From: Narcine bancroftii
Taxonomy: Eukaryota
Direction: 5' to 3'
Length of the DNA: 64,000 nucleotides
NCBI RefSeq assembly: GCF_036971445.1
Contig: NC_091470.1
Span: 178,436,001 to 178,500,000, forward strand
Part shown: one piece after another, positions 1 through 12,589 of the stretch
Layout of the letters: every line of letters begins with the position of its first letter
How positions within the stretch are numbered: the stretch's first letter is position 1
Made by a program: the position numbers and the translations under genes
The notes under the pieces: model-generated
What the model was told of the DNA's origin: nothing
Seen by the model: the letters and a program-made list of their open reading frames with translations, nothing else
Database searches by the model: none

Positions 1-121
1 GTAAAGCAGGTAGGGAGGCAGGGAGAGGAGTAGAGGCCCGCAGACAATGGATTGGAAGTTGGAGATGGAGAGCAGCCCAGGAGAGAGGGAAGGTGAGGAT
101 TGACTGGAGGTAGGAAGGGCC

Positions 122-1083
122 CAGTGGTTCTCAACCTTTATCTTCCCATCTAAACCAGATATTAAATAAAATTACAAAAAACAATATACCAAAAAACCCA
201 GAGATCTTCCTCCTAAGTAACATAAAAAACAAAGAATTTGGACTTGATTTGGATGGTGCACAAAAAAGATTTGTTAAGATAGCTCTAGCCGTAGCAAAAA
301 AATGATTTATGTCAACCTGGAAATTAGAAGATAATTTGAGAATACAACAATGGTATATAGAAATGAATAAATGTATTCCATTAGAAAAAATAACATATAA
401 TTTAAGAAATAATATTGAAATATTTGAACAAATATGGGAGCCAATAATGAAACACAATAGAGAAAACCTACCGGGGACATCTACCACCTAAAATAACGAG
501 AGGAGAAGGAAATTAAAAGAATTGACTCAGTGGAATTTCTTGTTTATTTTTATTGAATGACAACATTGTTTGACTGGTTTAATGTATCTTAGATTTTGTA
601 CTTTAAATGAATGGGGGGGGGAGGTAGGGAGGGTGGGATGGGAGGGGGGAGGGGAAATGACACTGTATATATTTGAAAAGGAAAATGTATGTATCTTGGT
701 TAATGTGGTTTATGGTGTGAAAAATAAAAAATTTTAAAAAAACCTTTATCTTCCCACTCACATCCCACTTTAAGTAATCCCTACACTCTGTGATTAGTAA
801 GGGGTTGCTTAAGGAGAGATGTGAGTGGGAAGGGAAGGTTAAGCATCACTGCTCTAGACCCAATTGTTATTTTCCGTGAGAAAAATGGTCGTTGGCCCAT
901 TTCCTTTGGAGTCCTGAAACCCTGCACCTAATGAGTCAAAGAGGACAATTAAAACAGGTGGCTTCAAACTTTTTCTTACCACCCACATCCCACCTTAAGC
1001 AACCTTACTAATCACAGAGCCCTGATGGCCTAAGGATTACTTAAAGTGGAATGTGAGTGGAAAGAAAAGGTTGAGAACCACTG
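122..1083. mobile_element. Non-autonomous hAT-like DNA transposon (MITE), interrupted by an L1 fragment
   Basis: Perfect 17-bp TIRs CAGTGGTTCTCAACCTT (122-138) and AAGGTTGAGAACCACTG (1067-1083); no transposase ORF; no clear 8-bp TSD. Confidence 0.75.
149..740 (+). mobile_element. 5'-truncated L1 LINE (ORF2 C-terminus, 3'UTR, A-rich tail)
   Basis: Encodes MSTWKLEDNLRIQQWYIEMNKCIPLEK, nearly identical to the L1 ORF2 end at 30670; 16-bp TSD AACCTTTATCTTCCCA at 133-148 and 741-756. Confidence 0.92.
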
Positions 1084-1094
1084 AGATAGGAAGG

Positions 1095-1125
<31 letters not shown>

Positions 1126-1224
1126 CTAGGGATAGATGTGGGGGGGGGGGGGGGGGGGAATCCAGAGAAGTCGATGATGTGGACGTGGATAAGGAAGAGC
1201 TGATGACACTAGAATCTGGCACTT

Positions 1225-2365
1225 AGAACATAGGACATTATATCACAGTACAGGCTTTTTGGCCCTCGAATGTTGTGTCGGCCTATATAAACCTAACAAA
1301 AAAATACTAACTCCTCCCTACCCCTTAACCCTCTATTAACCTTCCATCCATGGGCCTGTCCAACAGTCTCTTAAATGCTCCTAATGTTCCAGCCTCCACC
1401 ACCACCCCTGGCAAGGCATTCCGGGCCCCCACAACTCTCTGTGTAAAAACAACCTTACCCCTGACGTCTCCCTTAAACTTCCCTCCCTTCACTTTGTACA
1501 CATGTCCTCGTGTTTGCTGATCCTGCCCTGGGAAACAGGCGCTGGCTGTCCACCCTATCTTTGCCTCTCAGAATCTTGTTGACCTCTTGTCCTTCTTTGC
1601 TCCAGAGAGAAAAGTCCCAGCTCTGCTAACCTTGTATTATTTCCTAATCCAGACAACATTCTGCCCCCCTCTCCACAGCTTCTACATCCTTCCTGTAATG
1701 AGGCAACCAGAAATGAACACAATCCTCCAAATGGGATCTCACCAGAGCTGCAACATGACCTCTTGATTCTTGAACTCAACCCCCAACTAATGAAGCCTGG
1801 CATCCCATAGGCCTTCACAGCGACCTTGAGGGATGTGTGGATTTGGATCCCAAGGTCCATCTGTTCATCCACACTCTTAATTAACTGATCATTAACCCTG
1901 TCCTCAGCTGTCTGGTTTGTCCTTCCAAAAGTATCACCTCACACTGATCTGGAATGAATCAGAAGTAGGATTTAACGTCATGAACAAGTCTTGAAATTCA
2001 GTGTATTTGCAGCAATGTGAAACATTAATATTAAAATCATCTAACCATCTTACAACCTTACTATAAAAATAATTGTTCACGAAAAGTAAGGCCGTGTCTG
2101 TGGTCATTGATCATTCAGGAATCTGATGGCCGTGGCAGGGATGGGGGGGCAGGGGGGGGGGGAAGAAGCCATCCTTGTGCCGCTAGGCGCTCATCTTCAG
2201 GCTCCTGGACCTTTTTTCCAATGGTAGCAGAATGAAGAGGGCCTGGCCTCCATCTGCCACTTCTCTGCCCAACTCTTGTCTATATCCTTCCACAACTTGT
2301 GACAACATTCAGCAACACCCACAACTTCTCCAAACTTTGAGTCATCTGCAAACTTACTGACCCAT
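1225..2365 (-). mobile_element. Degenerate CR1 (HER1-like) LINE 3' fragments with a Rex1/Babar-like fragment inserted (~1955-2250)
   Basis: Minus-strand peptides SKFADDSKFGEVV and RLAELGLFSLEQRR; CR1-type tail near 1225. Confidence 0.7.
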
Positions 2366-2781
2366 GTTACGGGCCCAGAGGACCTCAAAATCCAGTAGCA
2401 ATCGAAATTCACCAACACACATGGTTATTTAAACAAAGGTTACTTTTTCTTTAAACATAAAAACAGGATCAACACCTCACCTTCCTGATCCGGAACCCTC
2501 CAACCGGACGGTATTAACATCGACTTTTCTGGTTTCCGTTAGAAACCCACCCCTTTCCTCAGCACTCTCTCTCTTCTCTTTTCTCTCTATCTCCTTTTCC
2601 CCCAGAGCGACACCCCCTATCCCCACCCAATCAATTCTCATCTTTCCGCTCTCCTACTTTGGTCTCTGAATTATTTCCATTGTCTGTTGGTCCGTGTTCC
2701 TCCCCCTGCCCTTCCTTTTAATTCTGATGCCTGCCTGGCTTTTTATTCATATCTTGGTGAAGGTCTCAGGCCTGGAGCGTA

Positions 2782-3080
2782 GAAGGATGAGAGGAGATTT
2801 TATAGGGGTCTACAAGATTCTGATCAAGTGGTAGACGCCAGAGCCTGTTTCCCAGGGCAGAAACAGGCAGACACCAGAGGATGTCTGTACAAAGTGAAGG
2901 GAGGGGTAAGTGTTGCGGGAGCCTGGAATGCCTCACTGGGGATGTTGGAGGAGGCTGGAACATTGGGGGCATTTGAGAGACTCTTAGACACGTGGATGAG
3001 GTGGGGAGGTGGGAGGTTTATTTTGGTAGATGTATATGGGTCGGCACAACCTCAGGGCCGAAGGGTCTGTACTGTATGTT
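2782..3080 (+). mobile_element. CR1 LINE 3' fragment
   Basis: TRG..YKVKGG-type peptide and GGGCCGAAGGG tail motif shared with other CR1 copies in the window. Confidence 0.65.
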
Positions 3081-3189
3081 GCAGGATGTCAGGCGGTGGG
3101 ATGGGGGGAGAATCTGGCCCCGAGGCTCCAAAAACAAATCAAATTGCAGGCAGGACGTGAGGGGGGAGGGATTTGGTCCGGAAGGGGTG

Positions 3190-3640
3190 AAACCCCTTTC
3201 GTGTTCGCATTGAACAGCGATGGGCGCTGCCTGTCAACAAAGGACATTCCCCGCCCGCTGTGAATGGGGCCGGACCGTTACCGCTGTCTGGCGACGGGGG
3301 GGTCCCGGCCTGCGGAGCTGGGGCAATGGTCGGGTCGAGGACCCCGGGCTCCGGGAAGGGGGTGGAGGGGGAGACTCGGGCATGGGTGGAGATTCGGACA
3401 GCGCGAAGCCGGAAAAGGAGGGGGGTGGCTCGTCCCGTTCGCCATCGCGTCGGCTCCCTCTATGAACCAGACCCCCCAACTAATTACAACCCCCCCACCC
3501 ACCCCCACTCCTCTACCCTCCCCGACCGGGCCTCAGCCCTGGCGATGTGTGTAAACAAATTGGGGCGGTAACTGATGGCGAAACTCGACTTGGACATTTT
3601 GAACGATCCGCAGCCCCCGCAGCCCCCCCCCCCCCGGGTT
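3190..3640. promoter_or_regulatory. CpG-rich non-repetitive segment, putative promoter or enhancer
   Basis: High CpG density; clustered TGTCA, ACAAAG, CATTCC, CCCCGCCC, TGAATG (3232-3266) and TGTAAACAAAT, GGGGCGG (3550-3568); no credible ORF. Confidence 0.45.
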
Positions 3641-3694
3641 CACCGACTTCTATCCTCCCTCACCTATCCTTCCCCCCTCTTCCCTCTCTCCTCC

Positions 3695-4390
3695 CTCCCT
3701 GTCTCCACCGCCCCGTCTCCCCCTTCCCTGTCTCCACCGCCCCGTCTCCCCCTTCCCTGTCTCCCCCTTCCCTGTCTCCACCGCCCCGTCTCCCCCTTCC
3801 CTGTCTCCCCCTTCCCTGTCTCCACCGCCCCGTCTCCCCCTTCCCTGTCTCCACCGCCCCGTCTCCCCCTTCCCTGTCTCCCCCTTCCCTGTCTCCACCG
3901 CCCCGTCTCCCCCTTCCCTGTCTCCACCGCCCCGTCTCCCCCTTCCCTGTCTCCACCGCCCCGTCTCCCCCTTCCCTGTCTCCACCGCCCCGTCTCCCCC
4001 TTCCCTGTCTCCACCGCCCCGTCTCCCCCTTCCCTGTCTCCACCGCCCCGTCTCCCCCTTCCCTGTCTCCACCGCCCCGTCTCCCCCTTCCCTGTCTCCA
4101 CCGCCCCGTCTCCCCCTTCCCTGTCTCCACCGCCCCGTCTCCGTTCCCTGTCTCCTCCCTCCCTGTCTCCCCTTCCCTGTTCTCTCCCTCCCTGTCTCCA
4201 CCGCCCCGTCTCCCCCTTCCCTGTTCCCTCTCTCCTCCCTCCCTGTCTCCAACCCCCGTCTCCCCTTCCCTGTTCTCTCCCTCCCACCCTCCCTGTCTCC
4301 AACCCCCGTCTCCCCTTCCCTGTTCCCTCTCTCCTCCCTCCCTGTCTCCACCGCCCCGTCTCACCCTGTTCCCCCTTGTCTCCCTCCCAC
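3695..4390. repeat. C-rich 29-bp minisatellite (CCTGTCTCCACCGCCCCGTCTCCCCCTTC)n with shorter partial units
   Basis: 29-nt periodicity read directly; explains the overlapping Pro-rich and Gly/Arg-rich ORFs. Confidence 0.92.
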
Positions 4391-5351
4391 CCTCCCTGTC
4401 TCCCCCCACCCCGCTCTCTGCCAGCCCGGAATTAAGGCGATTCGCGCTGCAGGAAAGAATTTTACCTGGAAAGGCTGCGGCAGGGAGAGGACATCAAGGA
4501 CCCAGCAGATCCTCGACAGTCCGGAGAGTGGCCGGTCCCCCAGACCCGCCCACACAGCGAGAGAGAGACGTGGCTGGTCCACCCTACCCTCCTCCTCTAC
4601 CCCCTCGGGATCTTCACAAAACATTAAAGCTGATCTCGCAATTATTAATACGTGTTCTTTTTCATTTTCTGCACAAACTGGATGCAAACCTCCATGGAGG
4701 GAACTATTCCTAATGTTATGAGGAACAAGATGAGTAATTTTGAGGAAGAGATGACCTTCTCTCACCCCTCTGTGGGCTCCCATCCTCCCTGATCCTGTAC
4801 CTGGAACCTGACCAAGTCGTTTATCAGTAACACTCAGGCATTTTAAGCCCACCACGTCCACGTGACTACGGTTGGCACCATAATAAATTAGTTAGGTTTC
4901 TAAAAAAAAATTAGACCTAATAGTCAAGGTGGAATTTGATAAAATGCATGACCTATAAATGAATTATTCTCTTCATCTGTGTGGACCCTTCGGGGATTCC
5001 CTGTGTCTGGGATTCATGTTTACAATACAGACCCCCTTGTTTAGAGGGAGGGGGTAGATTAGTAGGGAGAAAAAAAAATAATTTGTTCCCCCATTTCATT
5101 ATTAAGCCAAATAAGTAAAGGGAGACGGGGTGAACTAACATTGATGCAGTCACAAAGAAGGCTCGCCAGCAGCTGAACTTTGTGAAGTGTCTGGGGAGGT
5201 TTGGTACATCACTGAAGGCTCTCGTAAACATCCGCATGTGGACTGTGGAGAGCATTCTGGCCGATTGCATCACTGCCTGGTACGGAGGCGCCAACTCTCA
5301 GGACAGGAATAAATTCCAGAGGGTTGTGAACTCGGCCTATGACATCGCAGG

Positions 5352-6865
5352 TGTTGGGTACCTCTGCCAGACACCACGTCATGAGGTCACCCTTCCATAT
5401 ATATAACTCTGTGGGTCAGTAGCCAGATTAGTCTAATAGAAGTGAAGGATGAGAAAGTATCAGGTCCCTGAGTCTTAATTGGGTGAGGGCCAACACAACA
5501 GTGGCAACAAAGAATAAAATGAACCCAACACGTTCTCCATGCACCACTCGTGAGAAGGAAAATGACAGAAGGTAGGAAACGACTTCCTAACAACCCCAAC
5601 AAAAGGTCAAGGCGAAAGTGCGCCAAGATGGCAGAGGGAAAGTTCAACGAGGTAGAAGAGAGTTGGGAGAACTACGTCGAACAGTTTAACCACTACTGTG
5701 TAGCCCACAATATTGTGGAAGATCTGGTAAACTACAAACGTGCCCTCCTCCTCCTCAGTAGAATGGGCAGCAAAACATTCAATCTCCTTAAGACCTTGCT
5801 GGCCCCGGAGGATCCAGGGATGAAGACATTCAACGAATTATGCACAGCTCTAAGGAACAATTTAAGCACCAAACTACCAGTTATAGCAGAAAGGCAACGA
5901 TTCTATGAAAGGAGACAAGGACCAGGAGAAACAGTAAGTGAATACCTGGCATCATTGCACAAACTGGCGGAGCACTGTCATTTCGAGCAGTTTCTAAATC
6001 AGGCACTGCGAGACAGATTAATGATGGAGCAAATCGCCATGGCAAAAATTATTAGCAATAGATGAAGACATTACATTACAGATTGTATACAGGGCAGCCT
6101 GTAGCTCAGAAATGGCAGATAAAAACTTAGGGGGAGTCCTTCCTGCCAACAATGCTTCTGTTGTGAGAAATACAACTACTGACCTGAAAACTGTCTCCTC
6201 AAAAATTCTAAATACAACTGTGGATTCTGGGGTCAGCAGGGTGCTCGCACGAAATGACTGACTTCAATTACAGCCTTGGTTGGATTGTTTTTTAATCTAC
6301 AGATTGGGTTACTTTCATTCACCGCTACTACTGAAATGCCATTACATGTAAAGGAACATTTGCTCCCGGTAAAAACAAATGGAATAACTCTAAGACCTGT
6401 TAGACGAGACAGAATCAAAGTGTTTGGAAAAAGTATGGTCCAAGTACAAGTAACAGCAACCAAAAACACTCTCTCTACATCGTAGATATCCAGGGACTAG
6501 CACTCTTCGGAAGAAACTGGCTACAACATTCCCCAAGACTGGCTGTAAACTGGTTCAATACTAAATGTAAATCACACAGATACCTCCCAGCCAGAACTCG
6601 GCTGCTGACCCGACTATCTACAGGGCCAGCACAGCAAACCATGGCGAGGTAAGAGAAAGAAGGCACCCAAACGCTTTAAGGACTATGTGCCCTGGGAAAG
6701 TGTTGCGTACAAGCCAACCATCTGCTGGACACCATGATGCCCAAGTCATGACATCACCCTTCCATATATATAACCCTGTGTGTCAGTGGCCAGATTAGTC
6801 TAATAGAAGTGAAGGATGAGAAAGCATCACATCCCGAGTCTTAATTGTGTGAGGGCCAACACAAC
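5352..6865 (+). mobile_element. Internally deleted Gypsy-like LTR element (LTRs ~5352-5500 and ~6701-6865)
   Basis: Two similar direct repeats starting TGTTG; TGGCAAC PBS-like motif at 5502; gag remnant; RT and integrase core absent; degenerate TSD CAGG/CGGG. Confidence 0.8.
5628..6065 (+). pseudogene. Truncated retrotransposon gag
   Basis: ESWENYVEQF..VIAERQRFYERRQGPGETVSEYLASLHKLAEHC..ALRDRL is a typical Gypsy capsid region; early stop. Confidence 0.8.
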
Positions 6866-7210
6866 GGGTACCAGACTCCACTCCATCGAGGACGCCAACA
6901 TGAGGCGGTGTCTTAAAAAAGCAGCCTCTATCCTGAAAGACCCCACCACCCAGGCCAGGCCCTCTTCACTATGCTACCATTGGGGAAAAGGTCCAGGAGC
7001 CTGAAGACAAAACCCCAGCCACACAAGGATGGCTTCTTTCCCCCCACCCCCCCACCCCCCACCCACCATCAGATTCCCGAATATTCGGTGAACCACAGAC
7101 ACTTTCCCTTATTTTGTAAAATGTAATTTATAGCAATTTTTGCACCTGTAACAGTTTCGGAGAACAACAGATTTTGTGGCATTCTTATGTCAATAAATTC
7201 TGATTCTAAT

Positions 7211-7955
7211 TACAGAAAATGTCCAAAAATACAGATGCCACAAACCCAGACTTGGAGAAAACTCTGGACTGAAATCCAGACCAACCGAGAATCCAGACTT
7301 GGCGAAAACTCTGGACTGAAATCCAGACCACCCGAGAATCTGGACTTGGCGAAAACTCTCGACTGAAATCCAGACCACCCGAGAATCTGGACTTGGCAGA
7401 AACTCTCGACTGAAATCCAGACCACCCGAGAATCCCGACTTGGCGAAAACTCTTGACTGAAATCCAGACCACCTGAGAATCCGGACTTGGTGAAAACTCT
7501 CGACTGAAATCCAGACTACCTGAGAATCTGGACTTGGCAGAAACTCTCGACTGAAATACAGACCACCCGAGAATCCGGACTTGGCGAAAACTCTCGACTG
7601 AAATCCAGACCACCCAAGAATCTGGACTTGGCGGAAACTCTGGACTGAAATCCAGACCACCCAAAAATCCGGACTTGGCGAAAACTCTGGACTGAAATCC
7701 AGACCACCCGAGAATCCGGACTTGGCGAAAACTCTGGGCTGTTGTATGTGTAACTAAAACGCCACAGAGGCAACAAGCCATCATGTGGAAGACACAGAAA
7801 AAATAATTATTTGTGCTTTTATTCTTTGTATTTTATATGAAAAAATATCCTGTTAAACTATCAAAATGTACTTGTTTTAAAAGTGCTGCCTGAGAATCCG
7901 GTAAATCTGGACCAACCCAATCCCTGAGCAGTCCAAATATTTGGACTTCACTGTA
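7211..7955. mobile_element. Tc1/mariner (Tigger-like) non-autonomous relic carrying a minisatellite
   Basis: TA-CAG ... CTG-TA ends with degenerate TIRs (GTCCAAAAAT versus GTCCAAATAT on the reverse strand). Confidence 0.5.
7246..7738. repeat. 47-bp minisatellite, about 10 copies
   Basis: Unit GACTTGGCGAAAACTCTCGACTGAAATCCAGACCACCCGAGAATCCG recurs every 47 nt. Confidence 0.92.
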
Positions 7956-8534
7956 TCTTTTACTTCAAACTGGGAAGAATTACTTCTCAATGTGTAGTTG
8001 TCAGCAGATTACCATCTGATTCCTTGTCCCCGTTACAAATTTTGCCCAGGCATTTGTTCTGTGCCTCTATTCCCTAGGTCGCTAGCTTTCTATTGGGGAC
8101 TGGACTTTTCTCATTCATCACCATGATGCGCTGAGGTAGCAGTGAGCGAGCACAAAGACTGTACAACAGGCTTTATGCAGGTAAAAGTCTGAACACTATT
8201 TCATGCCCTGGTGGCTCCCCATGTGACTGACTCAGGAGGGGATGGCTCAGGTCTATATTCAGGTCAGCTGATCGACAGCCAGCCAGGTGGAGTCAGCCCC
8301 TAGGTGGTCTTCCTGCAGGTACAGAAGTCAGCTGGTGGTCTTATCACTACTCAATGAAGATTAAACGTTGAGCCAATGGAATTCCTCCATGTGTCAATTT
8401 CCAGGTGGGGTTTGCAGACAGCGAGATGAATTGCGAAGCAGTGCTTCCATCTTGTGGCCCCTGTGACACCATTTCGCCTGGAGGTTTCCTGTCCGCAGAG
8501 GAAATGGTGAGATCCGCTCAAACTCTTATCATAA

Positions 8535-9900
8535 TCAGTAAGGCCACGCTTGGAGTATTGTGTTCAGTCCTGGTCACCTCATGATAGGAAGGACATGGAA
8601 TCTACAGAGAGGCTGTAGAGGCGATTTACCAGGATTGCCAGGGCTTGCGCTGATTCCACTGCTGTTCACTCTGCTGACCCAACCAGATCATCAAGTTTGT
8701 TGATGACACAGCCGGGGTGGGCCTGATCGGTAAAAATCAGTGTACAGAGATGAGGTGTGGACGCTAACGGACTGGTGCAGAGCCAACAACCTGTACCTGA
8801 ATGTTAATGAAGGAAAAGAGATGGCTGTTGACTTCAGGAGGGCCCAGGAAGGGACCTCGCTCCACTGACCATTGACAGCTCCACCGTTGAGGTCTCCAAG
8901 AAGATCAAGTTCCTTGGAGTGCACTTGGCGGAGAATCTCATCTGGTCCCTTAACACCAGCTCAAAGCCAAGAAAGCCCAGCAGCGCCTCTACTCTCTGTG
9001 AAGGCTGAGGAAAGTCCATCTCCCATTCTCCATCCTCACTACATTCTACAGGGGATGTATTGAGACCATCCTGTGCATCTGCGTCACTGCCTGGTTTGGA
9101 AGCTGTTCTTCCCCGGACCTCAAAGACCCTGCAGAGGAGAGTGAAGTCAGCGGAAAAGATCATTGGGGCTTCTCTTCCCACTATGAAGGTCTCCTATAAC
9201 ACTCGACACATGTGAAAGGCAATAAACATGGTGAAGGGCTCCACACACCCCTCACATAAATTGTTCTCCCTTCTGCTATCTGGTAGGAGGGACTGTAGCA
9301 CTTGGGCCCTGATGTCCAGATCGGGCAACAGTTTTTCCCACCGAAGCCAACAGGCTCCTGAATTCCAAGAACATTTGGGGGTAGGGTACCATTGTATAAC
9401 ATCTCAATATTTTAATATTACAATGTGTTTAACTTTTCTGATATATTTATATATATCTGCTCCATGCTCCAAGAGAAACATTATCTCGTCTTTACCGTGC
9501 AAGGTATGACTGATAAATAAAGGGGACTTGATGTAATTGGAAAATAAATCTGAGGCCATGTTCACAGAGCTGGGACTTTTCTTTTTGAAGCGAAGGAGAC
9601 TTAATAGAGGTCTCCAACATTCTGAGGGGCGTAGATAAGGCGGACGGCCAGCGTCTGTTTCCCATGGCGGGAGTAGCAAACACCATGGGACGTCTGTACA
9701 AAGTGAAGGGAGGGAAATTTAGGAAGACGTCAGGGGAATTTTTTTTTTTTTAACAGAGCCATGGGGTCCGGAAATGCCTCGCCAGGGGATGGTGTTAGAG
9801 GCTGGAACATTAGGAGGCATTTAAGAGACTCTTAGACAGGCACATGGATGGAAGAAAAATAGAGGGTTACGGGGTGGGGGGGGGGGGTTAATTTTTCTGG
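8535..9900 (+). mobile_element. CR1 fragment interrupted by a Rex1/Babar-like fragment
   Basis: VRPRLEYCVQSWSP-type sequence at 8540-8643 resumes at ~9537. Confidence 0.7.
8644..9536 (+). mobile_element. Rex1/Babar-like LINE fragment (RT C-terminus and downstream domain)
   Basis: IIKFVDDT, DWCRANNLYLNV and KKAQQRLYSL motifs; AATAAA-containing tail. Confidence 0.75.
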
Positions 9901-9937
9901 GTTAGCACACATATGCCGGTCAAGGCCACCCACAGGG

Positions 9938-10135
9938 TGGCACGGTTGTTGCAATACTGTTACAGTGCCAGAGATGCGGACCAGGGCTCAAATCCCATGC
10001 TGTCTGTAAGGAGTTTGTACCTTCTCCCTATGTCTACGTGGGTTTTCCCTGGGGGTGCCGGTTTCCTCCCACTGTTCAAAACATTAATTGGACAGCATGG
10101 ACTCGTGGGCCGGAAGGGCCTGTACCCGTGATGTA
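9938..10135 (+). mobile_element. tRNA-derived SINE (HE1/V-SINE-like)
   Basis: B-box-like GGCTCAAATCCC, core GCTGTCTGTAAGGAGTTTGTAC..GGTTTCCTCCCAC, CR1-like tail GGGCCGGAAGGGCCTGT. Confidence 0.8.
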
Positions 10136-10404
10136 TGTAGGTTGGCGTACACCCTACCAATGGTCTTGCCACTCTCTCTATTAACCACCTGCCTATTTTG
10201 GGCATTCCTGAGCTGGCCCCACTGAAGGGCTGCGGCATAAAGCCTAACATGAGTGGCAGCCGGATCTCTTTTCCCCCCACCCCGGGAATGACCTGAGCTC
10301 CACTTCACGTTGCACGCCATGGGGGATGCTGGAGAGTCATTGGCAAGTTGTGTGCTGGTGAACGGTTGGGGGCTTCTCAAGGTGCATGCAGGGAATCACC
10401 AGTG

Positions 10405-12351
10405 TCTTCTCTTTGGCTTGGCTTCGCGGACGAAGATTTATGGAGGGGTAACGTCCACGTCAGCTGCAGGCTCGTTTGTGGCTGACATGTCCGATGCGGG
10501 ACAGGCAGACACGGTTGCAGCGGTTGCAAGGGAAAATTGGTTGGTTGGAGTTGGGTGTTGGGTTTTTCCTCCTTTGTCTTTTGTCAGTGAGGTGGGCTCT
10601 GCGGTCTTCTTCAAAGGAGGTTGCTGCCCGCCGAACTGTGAGGCACCAAGATGCACGGTTTGAGGCGATATCAGCCCACTGGCGGTGGTCAATGTGGCAG
10701 GAACCAAGAGATTTCTTTAGGCAGTCCTTGTACCTCTTCTTTGATGCACCTCTGTCACGGTGGCCAGTGGAGAGCTCGCCATATAACACGATCTTGGGAA
10801 GGCGATGGTCCTCCATTCTGGAGACGTGACCTACCCAGCGCAGTTGGATCTTCAGCAGCGTGGATTCGATGCTGTCGGTCTCTGCCATCTCGAGTACTTC
10901 GATGTTAGGGATGAAGTCGCTCCAATGAATGTTGAGGATGGAGCGGAGACAACGCTGGTGGAAGCGTTCTAGGAGCCGTAGGTGATGCTGGTAGAGGACC
11001 CATGATTCAGAGCCGAACAGGAGTGTGGATATGACAACGGCTCTGTATACGCTAATCTTTGTGAGGTTTTTCAGTTGGTTATTTTTCCAGACTCTTTTGT
11101 GTAGTCTTCCAAAGGCGCTATTTGCCTTGGCGAGTCTGTTGTCTATCTTGTTGTCGATCCTTGCATCCGATGAAATGGTGCAGCCAAGATAGGTAAACTG
11201 GTTGACTGTTTTGAGTTTTGTGTGCCCGATGGAGATGTGGGGGGGCTGGTAGTCATGGTGGGGAGCTGGCTGATGGAGGACCTCAGTTTTCTTCAGGCTG
11301 ACTTCCAGGCCAAACATTTTGGCAGTTTAGAGCTGGCTCTGAATGGGCAACTAAAGCGGCATCGTCTGCAAAGAGTAGTTCACGGACAAGTTGCTCTTGT
11401 GTCTTGGTGTGAGCTTGCAGGCGCCTCAGATTGAAGAGACTGCCATCCGTGCGGTACCGGATATAAAGAGCGTCTTCATTGTTGAGGTCTTTCATGGCTT
11501 GTTTCAGCATCATGCTGAAGAAGATTGAAAAGAGTGTTGGTGCAAGAATGCAGCCTTGCTTCACGCCATTGCTAATGGAGAAGGGTTCAGAGAGCTCATT
11601 GCTGTATCTGACCCGACCTTGTTGGTTTTCGTCCTCAACCGATGGTCAGAACACTTCCAATCTCTTTTCAGTGCCAACCGCTCAGTCCAAGAATCCGCCC
11701 TACTCCAGCTCCCTCAACAGCCCCTAAGGCTAGAGCTGGATGAGGTCCTCACCCGGGAAGAGACATATAGGGCAATTGAACAACTGAAAAGTGGCAAAGC
11801 AGCAGGTATGGATGGAATCCCCCCCTCAGAGGTCTGGAAGGCTGGCGGCAAAACTCTGCATGCCAAACTGCATGAGTTTTTCAAGCTCTGCTGGGACCAA
11901 GGAAAGCTGCCTCAGGACCTTCGTGATGCCATCATCATCACCCTGTACAAAAACATAGGCGAGAAATCAGACTGCTAAACTACAGGGGAATCACGCTGCT
12001 CTCCATTGCAGGCAAAATCTTCGCTAGGATTCTCCTAAATAGAATAATACCTAGCGTCGCCAAGAATGTTCTCCCAGAATCACAGTGCGGCTTTCGCACA
12101 GAGGAACTACTGACATGGTCTTTGCCCTCAGACAGCTCCTAGATAAGTGCAGAGAACAAAACAAAGGACTCTACATCACCTTTGTTGACCTCACCAAAGC
12201 CTTCGACACCGTGAGCAGGAAAGGGCTTTGGCAAATACTAGAGCGCCTCGGATGCCCCCCAAAGTTCCTCAACATGGTTATCCAACTGCACAAAAACCAA
12301 CAAGGTTGGGTCAGATACAGCAATGAGATCTCTGAACCCTTCTCCATTAAC
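10405..12351 (-). mobile_element. RTE-clade LINE with inverted 5' segment (minus 10405-11632, plus 11632-12351)
   Basis: Minus: KQGCILAP, LLFADD, C-terminal CNRCNRVCLSRIGHVSHKRAC, GAA-type tail. Plus: upstream RT region GKAAGMDG..FVDLTKAFDTV. Frameshifts present. Confidence 0.92.
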
Positions 12352-12589
12352 CACTCTGTCTATGTCCTAACTAACCGGGGAGCTGAGCCTGCACCAGATC
12401 AAGGGCTGGCGGGTACTGTTTGCCGCGTCTTTTCACTGCATTTACCGAGTCGAGTATTTTGGACCAATTTCTTTGGGTGAAATTTGGGGGTGGGGGTGGG
12501 GGTAGGGGGTTGACTTTTACATGGGACATATTTTTGACCACAGTAAATACCTGAGCTGTTCAAGGTGTTGGGAGCTCAAATGGGCTGAT

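Larger units (their letters stand above)
5135..7210 (+). mobile_element. Rex1/Babar-like LINE 3' fragment split by an LTR element
   Basis: ESILADCITAWYGG..KFQRVVNSA before 5351 resumes as RRCLKKAASILKDP after 6866; an uninterrupted relative lies at 21845-22365. Confidence 0.75.

Noticed and set aside
3234-3600. NOTCH exon 1 or another coding exon in the CpG-rich segment
   Set aside because: No signal peptide or recognisable peptide with a suitable donor site was found
3547-4713. Long Pro-rich and Gly/Arg-rich ORFs
   Set aside because: Translations of the 29-bp minisatellite, open in five frames
5135-5350. ALKBH8-like or other host gene fragments (CITAWYGG peptides)
   Set aside because: Many degenerate copies on both strands with LINE tails; these are Rex1/Babar-like LINE ends
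7190-7784. Repetitive ORFs (VVWISVQSFRQV..)
   Set aside because: Translation of the 47-bp minisatellite
8124-8346. Possible antisense solo LTR (TG..CA)
   Set aside because: No convincing TSD and no second copy in the window
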